A stretch of DNA of 64,000 bases from a virus (Duplodnaviria > Caudoviricetes), in the IMG/VR virus record IMGVR_UViG_3300028832_000140, positions 3,153-67,152 of that record. One strand, 5' to 3'. How positions within the stretch are numbered: position 1 is the stretch's first letter; every line of letters begins with the position of its first letter. This document shows positions 8,727-17,912 of this stretch, one piece after another. The position numbers were made by a program, and so were the translations under genes. The notes below the pieces were generated by a model. The model saw only the letters and a program-made list of their open reading frames with translations, ran no database searches and had not been told where the DNA came from.

Positions 8727-9425
8727 ATGGCAGGTACATTCCTTGACCGCGTGATGCGCTACGGCGGCGTACAGAGACGCCCGCAGGCCGCACCGCGCGA
8801 CAACGGCGTCAACGTCCAGCGCCGCGGTTTCGTGCCGCAGGGCGGACGCATTCCGCAGGGATACGGACAGCAACGACAGGTGCAGCCGCAACCGCAGCCG
8901 GTGCAGCGCCAGTACACGCCCGAAGAAATCTACGCATACCGCATGGAGATGGCGAAGCGCGAATACGCACAGCGAGCCTACGAGGCCGAGATGCAGCGAC
9001 GCGCCGCATACGGCGTCCCGCAGGTGGGCGATGGCGCAGCAGCGCGACCGTACGAGTTCCTGATGGGCGAGGCCGACCGACTCGGCGCAAGCTCCGGCGC
9101 GATGCCCGCCGGTGGCGCACAGGTTCCGCAGGGCTACGCACAGCAGCCCGAACCGGAAGAACAGCCGCTTACCGAGGAGGAAGAGGCCCAGCTCCGAATC
9201 CGCCTGATGTACAACGACTACACCCGCGAATCCGCGGAACGCGGTGCACAGCCCGCCAGCTTCGAGGAGTTCGTGAACGCGCTCGTGGCACGTTCCCAGG
9301 CGCAGCAACAGCAGGCCGCTGAACCGCAAGCCGTGCAACAGCCGGAAGCGCAGCCCGCGGAAGTTCCGCAGGTAGCCGCCGCCGAGCCTACGGCCCCGAT
9401 GCCGCAGGGTGTCCAGACGGCATAG
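8727..9425 (+). CDS. Gln/Pro/Ala-rich protein, candidate capsid cargo
   Basis: Likely start ATG 8727 (MAGTFLDRVM); low complexity. Confidence 0.65.
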   Translation: MAGTFLDRVMRYGGVQRRPQAAPRDNGVNVQRRGFVPQGGRIPQGYGQQRQVQPQPQPVQRQYTPEEIYAYRMEMAKREYAQRAYEAEMQRRAAYGVPQVGDGAAARPYEFLMGEADRLGASSGAMPAGGAQVPQGYAQQPEPEEQPLTEEEEAQLRIRLMYNDYTRESAERGAQPASFEEFVNALVARSQAQQQQAAEPQAVQQPEAQPAEVPQVAAAEPTAPMPQGVQTA

Positions 9426-9530
9426 AATTTCCATTGTTCCTTGGGTTAATTGAAAAAACGGGATCCGGGGCTAACCACGCCCCGGTTTCTCGTTTTTATT
9501 CATAGTGCGATATAACATAAGGAGTAACCA

Positions 9531-10130
9531 ATGCCCACACCGAAGAAAGTAAACTTGCTCGACAAGATGTATCGAGCTTACAAGGACGCAAACCCGAACA
9601 CATCAAATGTTACAGACAGAATAAACACGATTTATCGCGAAGGTGGCTATAAAGGCCGCGTTGATCGTTACCTGTCTAACAAGTCCGTAAACGGGGCTAA
9701 AAAGGCAAAGCGCGAAATCGCACGGTTCCATGAAGACATTTTCCCGAATGAACTTGAAATATACTTTGACGAAAATCCGCGCTTACACAAGGACAATGAT
9801 TTCGGACGTGCTTTCGATGCAGTCGAGTCTCGCGTAGGTTATCTTGGTTCAAACGAAAAAGCGGCAAAGGAACGAATCGCTCGTGACTGGTTCGAAAAGA
9901 TTGATGGCGGAGAAAAACCTAGTGCTGGATGGAAAACAGAACTCAATGTAACGCCCATGCAGAGCGACCCGTACAGACTAAACGAACTTTCTAATAATGA
10001 CCTTTTCTACTTGTACGAAAGGACTGGACGTCCCGAATACGGACTTGAAATAAGCCGCCGTCATAACAAGATGGTGGAAGAAAACAAGAAGAATTTCCCG
10101 TACTTGTTTGGCGAACAGACCGAAAAGTAA
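9531..10130 (+). CDS. Hypothetical protein, candidate capsid cargo
   Basis: AAGGAG RBS; N-terminal NLLDK; AT-richer than flanks. Confidence 0.7.
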   Translation: MPTPKKVNLLDKMYRAYKDANPNTSNVTDRINTIYREGGYKGRVDRYLSNKSVNGAKKAKREIARFHEDIFPNELEIYFDENPRLHKDNDFGRAFDAVESRVGYLGSNEKAAKERIARDWFEKIDGGEKPSAGWKTELNVTPMQSDPYRLNELSNNDLFYLYERTGRPEYGLEISRRHNKMVEENKKNFPYLFGEQTEK

Positions 10131-10266
10131 TTACGGCGTTTACCTCCTCATAGCGCAATAGGCCCCTTTTCGGGGGCCTTCTTTTATTCATACCACGGAA
10201 GGCCGAGAACGAGCCTTTACTCACAACTTCAACGCAGCGCGTGGCGTACACGCGAGGAGATAGGTA

Positions 10267-11502
10267 ATGCCTAACGAAGCAATGAATCCGAACATGGACA
10301 TTGATTACATCCTGGCGTCCTACAAGGACGACGAGCCCGAAACGCAGACGGAACCCGGTGCATCCGAACCGGCTCCCGAAACGCAGACGGCTACGGCAGG
10401 TGACGGGGGCCACCCGGAACAGGCCGCAGGAGCTGAACCCGCAAAACAGGAACCCGCGAAAGCAGATGGGCCGCAGAATGACGCGAACGCCCCGGCGGGA
10501 CAACAGGCAGCGGGCGCCGAGCCGGACAAAGACAACAATGGCGGTGAACCCGCCAACGGTGACGGCGGTGTGGCTGGTACTGAAGGCAACGCAGGCGCGG
10601 CGTCGGAACCCGCGAAGGCGAAACCCAAGGTGCCGCGCAGGAATCCTCTTTCACGACTCGAGAAGGCCGAGTATTCCACCCGCAAGTGGAAGCAGAAGTA
10701 CCGCGAAATGCGCGAGAAGCGCGACGCCCTCCAGGCCGAACTAGAGAAGTACAGCAGGATCGACCCTACGCAGTTTCGCGACCCCGCAGACAGGGAGCGC
10801 TTCCTAGCCTGGCAGGCACGTACCGAGCAGAAGCTCAACGGCATGGACGAGGACCTGGAAGACATCGCGAACAGACAGTACGAACGCGAGTACGAATCCA
10901 AGGTGGAGGCATTCTACCCGGACGAGGACGCGCGTCACGCATTCGACGCACTTGACGAACACTACGGTTCCGTACTGGACGCCACGTGCCAGAAACTCGA
11001 CCCGGACAACATCATCCTTGACTTCTTGCAGAACTCCCCGTACGAGCCGGTCTTGAGGAACATCATCTACAAGAACGGCCCGTTGCAGGAACAGCTCTTC
11101 GCGAGGTTCGGCAGCCGCGCAATCGCCAACGCGACACGCGTAAACCTGCTGAACCAGCTCGAAAGCCAGGTGAAGGCGTTCTACGCGAGGGAACAGGGCG
11201 CACAGCCCGAACAGCAGGCGGCACCACGCACGGCACAGAACGGCGCGGCCACGCAGCAGAGACGGTTCACGCTCCCCCCGAAGAAGGACGCCCCCGCAGC
11301 CACGGCTACTGCACCGGTCGCAACGCAACCGGCAGTTCCCGCACAGGCCGTGGCACCGGCTCCCGCTCCAGCTCCCGCTCCGGCACAGCCGACGATGAGC
11401 AGCGGCGTGACGGGCTCGCTCACCCGAGGAAACGAGGGTGGCGGCGCAATCGACGAGAGCGCGGAAGCCAACGCACTCTTCAGGAAGATGTTCGGGTCGT
11501 AA
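10267..11502 (+). CDS. Capsid scaffolding protein
   Basis: Acidic/Pro-Ala N-terminus, coiled-coil middle, immediately upstream of capsid gene. Confidence 0.7.
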   Translation: MPNEAMNPNMDIDYILASYKDDEPETQTEPGASEPAPETQTATAGDGGHPEQAAGAEPAKQEPAKADGPQNDANAPAGQQAAGAEPDKDNNGGEPANGDGGVAGTEGNAGAASEPAKAKPKVPRRNPLSRLEKAEYSTRKWKQKYREMREKRDALQAELEKYSRIDPTQFRDPADRERFLAWQARTEQKLNGMDEDLEDIANRQYEREYESKVEAFYPDEDARHAFDALDEHYGSVLDATCQKLDPDNIILDFLQNSPYEPVLRNIIYKNGPLQEQLFARFGSRAIANATRVNLLNQLESQVKAFYAREQGAQPEQQAAPRTAQNGAATQQRRFTLPPKKDAPAATATAPVATQPAVPAQAVAPAPAPAPAPAQPTMSSGVTGSLTRGNEGGGAIDESAEANALFRKMFGS

Positions 11503-11562
11503 AGACAGACAAAACCCACACTTCAAATCGTGACGCTTTCATAGCGTCCAAAGGATGACATC

Positions 11563-12765
11563 ATGGCAAATTCCACCGTTCAGAACAAGAAGGTGATTTC
11601 CCTCGCCCTCGGCGCAGTCGCCGACGGCGCTTACCTCTATGCTGGTGCCGACCGCGCCATTGCCGCTGAAATGCAGGGCAAGGACAACGGCGACATCATC
11701 TACTACAAGACCACCAATCTCGGCCAGGCCGAAATCTCCGACGTGTCCATGGGCAACCCGGCCAACACCGGCCTCGCCTCCCTCGACATCGCGTCCGCAA
11801 CCCCGGTCAAGCACCGCCAGGTTCCGGTGAAGATCAAGGACGCCCGCGTGATGTACAACGTGAAGGCAATCGAAAAGCAGATTACCTCCCTCGGCAAGGA
11901 CATCGCCATGGGCAAGATCGGCCAGAAGCTCGCCAAGAAGGCCGTCAAGAACGTAATCGCCGAAGACATCCTCACCATCGGCAACATCTTCGTCGGCAAC
12001 GACTTCGCCGCCTTCCAGAAGGCCGGCGCATTCCTCAAGGCCTACGTCGATGGCACCCTCTACGGCTTCATGGACTGGAACGTCTGGGGCGACTTGACCG
12101 CCAAGGGTCAGCAGGCCGTGCCGTGCGCACTCGCCGAACCCCGCTTCGGCCGCAACCTCCGCGGTTCCTGGTCCCTCATCGACCAGCTCCGCACCATCCC
12201 GGACATCCCGCAGTTCAAGATCGGTGATGTCGCTTCCGCCAAGGTGAAGGCCTCCGTCGCCACCTCCGCAAGCACCGTCGCCCTCACCCTGACCGCAGGC
12301 GATTCTCCGCTCGCAGTCGGTGACAAGGTTGTCGTGGCCGTTCCGGGCATCAACGCCCTCGACGTGAACGACAACGACACCGGCGTCGCCAACAGCTTCG
12401 TCGTGACCCTCGAAGCCTCCGTCGCCGCTTCCGCAACCACGGACGTGACCGTGACCTTCGACCCGCAGCTCGTCGTCATCCCGGCATCCATCGCCGCCAA
12501 CGCCTCCGTCGAAGTCAAGGGTGCCGCCGGTACTTACGGCGCAACCATCATTCGTGCAGAAGGCGCACAGGCCTTCGGTACGATGAACCAGTGCGACTGC
12601 GAAGGCGCCAAGTACGAAAAGAGCTCCATCGACGGCCTGACCGTGCACGCCAACTCCGGCGAGAACATCGGCGCCCTGTCTACCGACAGCCGCTACGACA
12701 TGATTCTCTGCTCGAAGCTCGTGGAACCGCGTGCCGCCGCCTTGGTGCTCTACAAGATCGCCTAA
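11563..12765 (+). CDS. Major capsid protein (P22 coat-like)
   Basis: 400 aa, strongest C-ending codon bias in the window, follows scaffold, strong terminator downstream. Confidence 0.8.
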   Translation: MANSTVQNKKVISLALGAVADGAYLYAGADRAIAAEMQGKDNGDIIYYKTTNLGQAEISDVSMGNPANTGLASLDIASATPVKHRQVPVKIKDARVMYNVKAIEKQITSLGKDIAMGKIGQKLAKKAVKNVIAEDILTIGNIFVGNDFAAFQKAGAFLKAYVDGTLYGFMDWNVWGDLTAKGQQAVPCALAEPRFGRNLRGSWSLIDQLRTIPDIPQFKIGDVASAKVKASVATSASTVALTLTAGDSPLAVGDKVVVAVPGINALDVNDNDTGVANSFVVTLEASVAASATTDVTVTFDPQLVVIPASIAANASVEVKGAAGTYGATIIRAEGAQAFGTMNQCDCEGAKYEKSSIDGLTVHANSGENIGALSTDSRYDMILCSKLVEPRAAALVLYKIA

Positions 12766-12811
12766 CCACGGCGATACAAGGAATTCTAGGTTGGCATAAC
12801 CTATTATCCCC

Positions 12812-12854
12812 AAAAAAAAGGCCCCGTCACCTAACCGTGGCGGGGTCCTTTTTT
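12812..12854. terminator. Bidirectional intrinsic terminator
   Basis: A8-ggccccgtcac-loop-gtggcggggtcc-T6. Confidence 0.8.
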
Positions 12855-12876
12855 ATATGGTCGGCGAAATTATCGT

Positions 12877-13050
12877 TTACTTGTATCTTGAGTCCGGCTT
12901 CTGCGCGAGGTATTCTTTAAGTAGGTAGCGAATGAACGAACCCGTGTCGTCTGTAATAGTAGTTGGAACACCACTGTTTATGGCTTCGATTTTGGCTCGC
13001 TCCAGCATAGTAACGTCAAGCGTTATACAGAACTTAGTTTCCAATGTCAT
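12877..13050 (-). CDS. Small ribbon-helix-helix-like protein, 57 aa (not in ORF track)
   Basis: MTLETKFCITLDVTMLERAKIEA...SFIRYLLKEYL; upstream TTTACT-17-TATATT on the minus strand. Confidence 0.6.
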   Translation of the reverse strand: MTLETKFCITLDVTMLERAKIEAINSGVPTTITDDTGSFIRYLLKEYLAQKPDSRYK

Positions 13051-13193
13051 AGAGAATTACATCCTGCAACATTATTTTTGAATATTTATGTGAAATATAA
13101 ATAGTAAATGTTTTAAAGTAAGTAGAACTAAAAAAAATGATTGGTTTATTCATACCATGGAAGTTTAACATTTTCACGGACTTTTTTTTGTAT

Positions 13194-14678
13194 ATGGCCG
13201 AAAGAAAAAATTTCTTGGATCGGGAAAAGGAGAGACAGGACGGCGACAGCGTCCTGCCATATTCCATAGCACTCATTCCGGGCTTGACGGCCCTGGAACA
13301 GGACGCGCTCGTGAAGGACATCGCGGAAGGGGTGGTAAAGAAAAGTGTTGAATCACGAAACGCGAATACGTATAGTGAAAAATCGATTGATGAAATTAAC
13401 AAATACATATCGGATAGGAAAGCCGCTGACATACTAGAACATGCTATACAGCGAATGCCTGAACCTCTACGAGACTCTTGGCTGATGTCGTATGTTGATG
13501 GTTTGCCTCCGTATTTTTACGATGACGCATTTAAATCTGAACGAGGAATACCTGATAACGCTACAGGATATTACGCTCCAGACGAGTACAGAGTGTATAT
13601 AAGCAACAAACATTTTATTTCTGATCCAAGAATAGCTATTCATGAAAATGTTCATAAGACTAATCATGACTTGAATCTAAGTCATCCTTTCTATGAAGGT
13701 GTCGAAATAGAAAATGTTCCTGACAGAATGGTTGGTATTGGACTCGGCAAGACATTAAGCGGAGAATTTCCGAAAATTCTTAAAACACCTAAAGGAATTA
13801 TGAATAGAAGTGAGTTTATTGGTGAAATAAACAAAATGGTGGGTAATAAAGATGCAAACAAACTTGCAAGAAGGTTCTATGAAAATAGTCTTTTAAATAG
13901 TGGTATTTATGAATCAGCAAAACAAGCGTATTATCCCAAAAACGGGTCTAAAACCGATATAAGGGACTGGAATGATTTTATATGGTATAATGATAAATTT
14001 ATAGATGATGTTTTTAATCTTTCACCTGATTATGTAGATAAGAATAACGAAAACCATCTTTCAGAAAATATAACAGGAGGCCATCCAAACTCCTATAAAG
14101 AAGAAAAGGAAAAAATTGCTGACTATCAACAGTATTACTTAAAAAATAACGGTTTTGCCGGAAGGGATTTTGTTGAAGAAGGACTTCCAAAGTATGCAGC
14201 TCAATCAACAGAATCAACAGCACATCTTGCAGAACTGATGTCTACAAGGGGTGGCGAAGAAACAGTAAAACTCCTTTATCCGAAGACGTACAACCGCATG
14301 ATGAATGAATACCGCAATGATCCACGTCGTTCTTGGCCTAAAGAGTCTTTAATACCATGGCAGAGGTACTCTCACGAAAGTAATTCTAACGTGTACGGAC
14401 AGCGCGGCAGCGAGCCTGAAGCATTCAACCCGAACAATGAACGCCACTATGTACGTGTACCCGACCCTTATGGAGGATGGCACTACGGCGACGATTACAC
14501 CGATGTAAACCTTGTAGCCGCACGTCGTGGTAAGAACTACGTCGAATACCGCGACCTTGACGGAAACTGGAAACGTTTTTACCCTAACGAACTGAAATAT
14601 GTCAAGGAAGGTAAGATTAACAGAAATAAGAAGTGGGCTTTGGAACTAGTCAAGAAACTCCGTAATGGAGTGAAGTAG
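13194..14678 (+). CDS. Zincin-like metallopeptidase effector (HExxH), candidate capsid cargo
   Basis: GYY..AIHENVH; STAHLAE..YPKTY; paralog of 7012-8496; start MAERKNFLDR at 13194. Confidence 0.6.
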   Translation: MAERKNFLDREKERQDGDSVLPYSIALIPGLTALEQDALVKDIAEGVVKKSVESRNANTYSEKSIDEINKYISDRKAADILEHAIQRMPEPLRDSWLMSYVDGLPPYFYDDAFKSERGIPDNATGYYAPDEYRVYISNKHFISDPRIAIHENVHKTNHDLNLSHPFYEGVEIENVPDRMVGIGLGKTLSGEFPKILKTPKGIMNRSEFIGEINKMVGNKDANKLARRFYENSLLNSGIYESAKQAYYPKNGSKTDIRDWNDFIWYNDKFIDDVFNLSPDYVDKNNENHLSENITGGHPNSYKEEKEKIADYQQYYLKNNGFAGRDFVEEGLPKYAAQSTESTAHLAELMSTRGGEETVKLLYPKTYNRMMNEYRNDPRRSWPKESLIPWQRYSHESNSNVYGQRGSEPEAFNPNNERHYVRVPDPYGGWHYGDDYTDVNLVAARRGKNYVEYRDLDGNWKRFYPNELKYVKEGKINRNKKWALELVKKLRNGVK

Positions 14679-14783
14679 TTTAATACTTCTTTATTCATTG
14701 CCCGACATATTTATCCCTCCTGATACGAGGCCCTTTTATTCATAGGTCGTAACGAACCTATCGGATAGAAGGGCTTTTTTGTC

Positions 14784-16694
14784 ATGGACGGACTTTTACA
14801 GGCTGAAAACAACAACGGATTCGCGCCAATTCCCGAAGAAGAGGAAACCGACATCATCGAGAAATGCCGCAAGTTCCTGAAGCGCGCAAGCGACAGGTGG
14901 TGCTCCGACATCGACGACCAGGAACTCGCGCTGGAGGTGGCGGGAGGCAACTTCTGGGGCGTGGGCGACAACAAGAAGCGTTGGGCCATTCTAGACAAGG
15001 ACGGCAAGGACCTCATACCGACCATTCCCTACAACAACATTTCCCCGCAGGTGAACGCCATCGCGTCGCCGTTCTCCCGCTCGCCGTTCCACATCAACGT
15101 GGTTGACAAGACCGAGCAGACGGGCGGCAAGGTGCTACAGGACGCCATCGTGAAGATAGAGTCCTCCAACAACGCCAAGAACGTCTACCAGCGTGCATTC
15201 ACCCGAGGCGTCACTTGCGCGGCGGGCTACATCGTGGTAGGCACCAGCCTAGCCGACGGCAAGGTGGTCCCGTCCGTGGAGTTCATAGCCGACCAGAAGC
15301 AGGTGGCGATAGACCCCGACTGTATCGACCCGTCCGGCTGCGACGCCGAGGAAGGCGCAATCATCAGCTACATATCCGTCACGAAGGCGAAGCGCGAATA
15401 CGGAGACGACATTGTACCGATGGACTACCCGTCCGGACAGCCGCGCATGTCTTTCGCCGGAATCACCGCATGGCAGGACAAGACCGACAAGGTACAGCTC
15501 GTCCGCTACTTCCGCAAGGTGACGAAGGAATTTCCTGACCCGCAGAACGGAGTGACAGTAAAGAAGACGTTTGTCCGTATGCACACGATATGCGGCGAGC
15601 GCGAGGTGCGCGAACCGGTTGACCTCATGACCGACATCATCCCGATTGTCCGTTTCGCGGGCTACACCGACTACGATTCCGAATACGGGCAGGTGTACAC
15701 GGGATACGTACAGAAGATGATGCCGCAGATCGAGCAGATGAGCCTCGCTCTCACCATGCAGGCGCTACGCATGCGCCGCTGTTCGAACGTCCGCGGCGTC
15801 GTGGGCAAGTCCGCCACAGAAGGGTGCGAGGAATACTTCACGGACTTCGAGAAGGGCTCCGCTATGTGGCTCACGTGGAACGACAAGGCTGGCGCAACTC
15901 CTCCGCAACTCGTCAACGATTCCTTCAACACGGCCGACATTACCGCCGCCCTCCAGGAAGGGCGCCAGACGATGCAGGAATGCACCGGCGTGAACCTCGC
16001 CGGTCTCGATACCACCCAGCGCACGGCCTACGAGATAATGCAACAGCAGATAAACTCGGAATCCAACGTGCAGGAACTCTACATCCACGCCGAGGCCGCA
16101 TGTCACGCCCTTGGCCGTATCATGCTCGGCATCCTGAACAACGGCGACGTGCCGGAGTTCACCCTCGAAGGCGGTCCTAACGTAATCACCGCCAAGATGA
16201 AGACCCGTTCCGAAATCCAGGCAATCGCGGAAATGGCGGACCCTGCGCACAAGGAACTCTGCGCCATCCGTCTAGCCGAGACAATCGACAGCGACGTTGC
16301 CAAGGACCTCGCGCAGGACCTGAAGGCGAACACGGAACTGAAGCTGACCGAGGGCCAGGACGTCGGAACGATGATGAACGTGGCCGAGAAGTTGAAGAAA
16401 CAGCTCGACGAGGCGATGGAGAAGCTGGAACAGGCACAGGCCGAAAAGCAGGAACTTGAACGCCGCAACTACGAGCTCGAGCTCGCGCAGCAGAACATGA
16501 AGAGCCAGCAGGTCTTGCAGAACATCCAGTTCCAGCAGCAGATGAAGCTCCGCGAGGCGGAACTTGCAGCCAAGAACGCCACGGCCGCCGCGAAGATAGC
16601 GGCAGACGAACGGAAGCTCGCCATCGACGCGCAGAAGGCCGTGGACGCGAACCGCGAACAGACCGCCCGGATCATCGCAAACAGGGGGTACTAG
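14784..16694 (+). CDS. Portal protein (P22-like)
   Basis: 636 aa, P22-portal-like size and pattern with long C-terminal coiled coil. Confidence 0.8.
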   Translation: MDGLLQAENNNGFAPIPEEEETDIIEKCRKFLKRASDRWCSDIDDQELALEVAGGNFWGVGDNKKRWAILDKDGKDLIPTIPYNNISPQVNAIASPFSRSPFHINVVDKTEQTGGKVLQDAIVKIESSNNAKNVYQRAFTRGVTCAAGYIVVGTSLADGKVVPSVEFIADQKQVAIDPDCIDPSGCDAEEGAIISYISVTKAKREYGDDIVPMDYPSGQPRMSFAGITAWQDKTDKVQLVRYFRKVTKEFPDPQNGVTVKKTFVRMHTICGEREVREPVDLMTDIIPIVRFAGYTDYDSEYGQVYTGYVQKMMPQIEQMSLALTMQALRMRRCSNVRGVVGKSATEGCEEYFTDFEKGSAMWLTWNDKAGATPPQLVNDSFNTADITAALQEGRQTMQECTGVNLAGLDTTQRTAYEIMQQQINSESNVQELYIHAEAACHALGRIMLGILNNGDVPEFTLEGGPNVITAKMKTRSEIQAIAEMADPAHKELCAIRLAETIDSDVAKDLAQDLKANTELKLTEGQDVGTMMNVAEKLKKQLDEAMEKLEQAQAEKQELERRNYELELAQQNMKSQQVLQNIQFQQQMKLREAELAAKNATAAAKIAADERKLAIDAQKAVDANREQTARIIANRGY

Positions 16695-16695
16695 C

Positions 16696-17208
16696 ATGCC
16701 GAAGGTTCCGAAGACTTTCCTTGATAAAATGGAAAAGGTCGTTCGCCGTTACCACGCCACTACGGACGAGCCGTTGCGCGGGATCCTTTCGCAGGGTTCC
16801 ATCAAGACAACCATTGGCAAGCATAACGTGTACGAGGCCGACCTCCAGCACAAGAAAAAGAATCCCGACGGGACTTTCGTCTACGTGGAAGAAACCCGCC
16901 CGATTTTCACCAGCAGGAGACGCGGAGAATGGGATATGGGGCCGGAAACGAAGACCCTCGTGCTCGAAATTCCCGAAAGCGTCTACAAGGGCATGAAACG
17001 GACCGACCTGAATCCCGACTATGCTCCAGGCGTGCAGAAGCGCGGACTCGGTTTGCCCGAAAAGGTTTACTCGGTGGACCGTGGCGGCAGTGCAGACTTC
17101 TTCATGGAAGACCTGCCGCTTGATTACGCCGTGGGCGGCTACATAGGGAAATCGCGAAAGATGGTCCCGCTGGATTCGTTGCGGCACCTTCTCGAACTGG
17201 ACAAGTAA
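16696..17208 (+). CDS. Putative ADP-ribosyltransferase-fold protein, candidate cargo
   Basis: RYHATT..LRGILSQGSIK, IFTS, VLEI pattern of HYE-like ARTs; N-terminal TFLDK. Confidence 0.5.
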   Translation: MPKVPKTFLDKMEKVVRRYHATTDEPLRGILSQGSIKTTIGKHNVYEADLQHKKKNPDGTFVYVEETRPIFTSRRRGEWDMGPETKTLVLEIPESVYKGMKRTDLNPDYAPGVQKRGLGLPEKVYSVDRGGSADFFMEDLPLDYAVGGYIGKSRKMVPLDSLRHLLELDK

Positions 17209-17324
17209 CAAGGCTTACGGCCCCGCCTCCCGGCCATAAAGGGTTGGCGCGACCGTGGCGGGGGCCGGATTCATTCCGGCTCCCGTTTTATTCATAGGTG
17301 GATAATTACGAGGAATTCTGACCG

Positions 17325-17891
17325 ATGAAATGGCACGTATGGAACAACGGCGGCAACAGCGAAGGCCCGGGCAACTGGCGGTACGACCCCAGGTACAGGG
17401 ACGCGCTCGTCCCGCAGAACAAGGCCATGAACGACGAGCACCTTGCGCAGCTCGAGACCGAATGGTTCATGACTCACGAACCGCCTCCGCAGATTATAGG
17501 AAATCCGGGCGCGATGAGGGCATGGCGAACCGCTGCCAAACGGCAGGCGCGAGAATGGGCGGTGAAGATGGAACCGAAGCGGTTCCTGAACCCGTTACTA
17601 CGCTCTATCAACGGGATTCCAGCCGACACGAAGATGCGCCGCACTCCGGGCGGACAGACCGCGAACCTCTCGTCTAGCTGGGTGGGCGACTTCACGTCCC
17701 TCGGCGACACGGGCTGCTACATAGACCTCGGCGGCAAGAAATACTTCTTCAAGAAATCCGAGGTGGACGCCGCGACGGGTCCGGGCTCTTTCGCGAAGGC
17801 CATGTCGGCCCCTTCCATCGGCTCCTACATCGCTACGCACTGGATCGGGAAACTCCCTTCGAGTGTCGTCAACCGCGGAAAGAAAAAGTAA
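17325..17891 (+). CDS. Protein with C-terminal KTSC-like domain
   Basis: SSSWV...KKYFF...MSAPSIGSYIATH resembles KTSC. Confidence 0.5.
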   Translation: MKWHVWNNGGNSEGPGNWRYDPRYRDALVPQNKAMNDEHLAQLETEWFMTHEPPPQIIGNPGAMRAWRTAAKRQAREWAVKMEPKRFLNPLLRSINGIPADTKMRRTPGGQTANLSSSWVGDFTSLGDTGCYIDLGGKKYFFKKSEVDAATGPGSFAKAMSAPSIGSYIATHWIGKLPSSVVNRGKKK

Positions 17892-17912
17892 CCCGGAAAG
17901 GATGTATATACA

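Noticed and set aside
11535-11545. Late motif before the capsid gene
   Set aside because: Only a partial match (CTTTCATAG); not counted among the 15 copies
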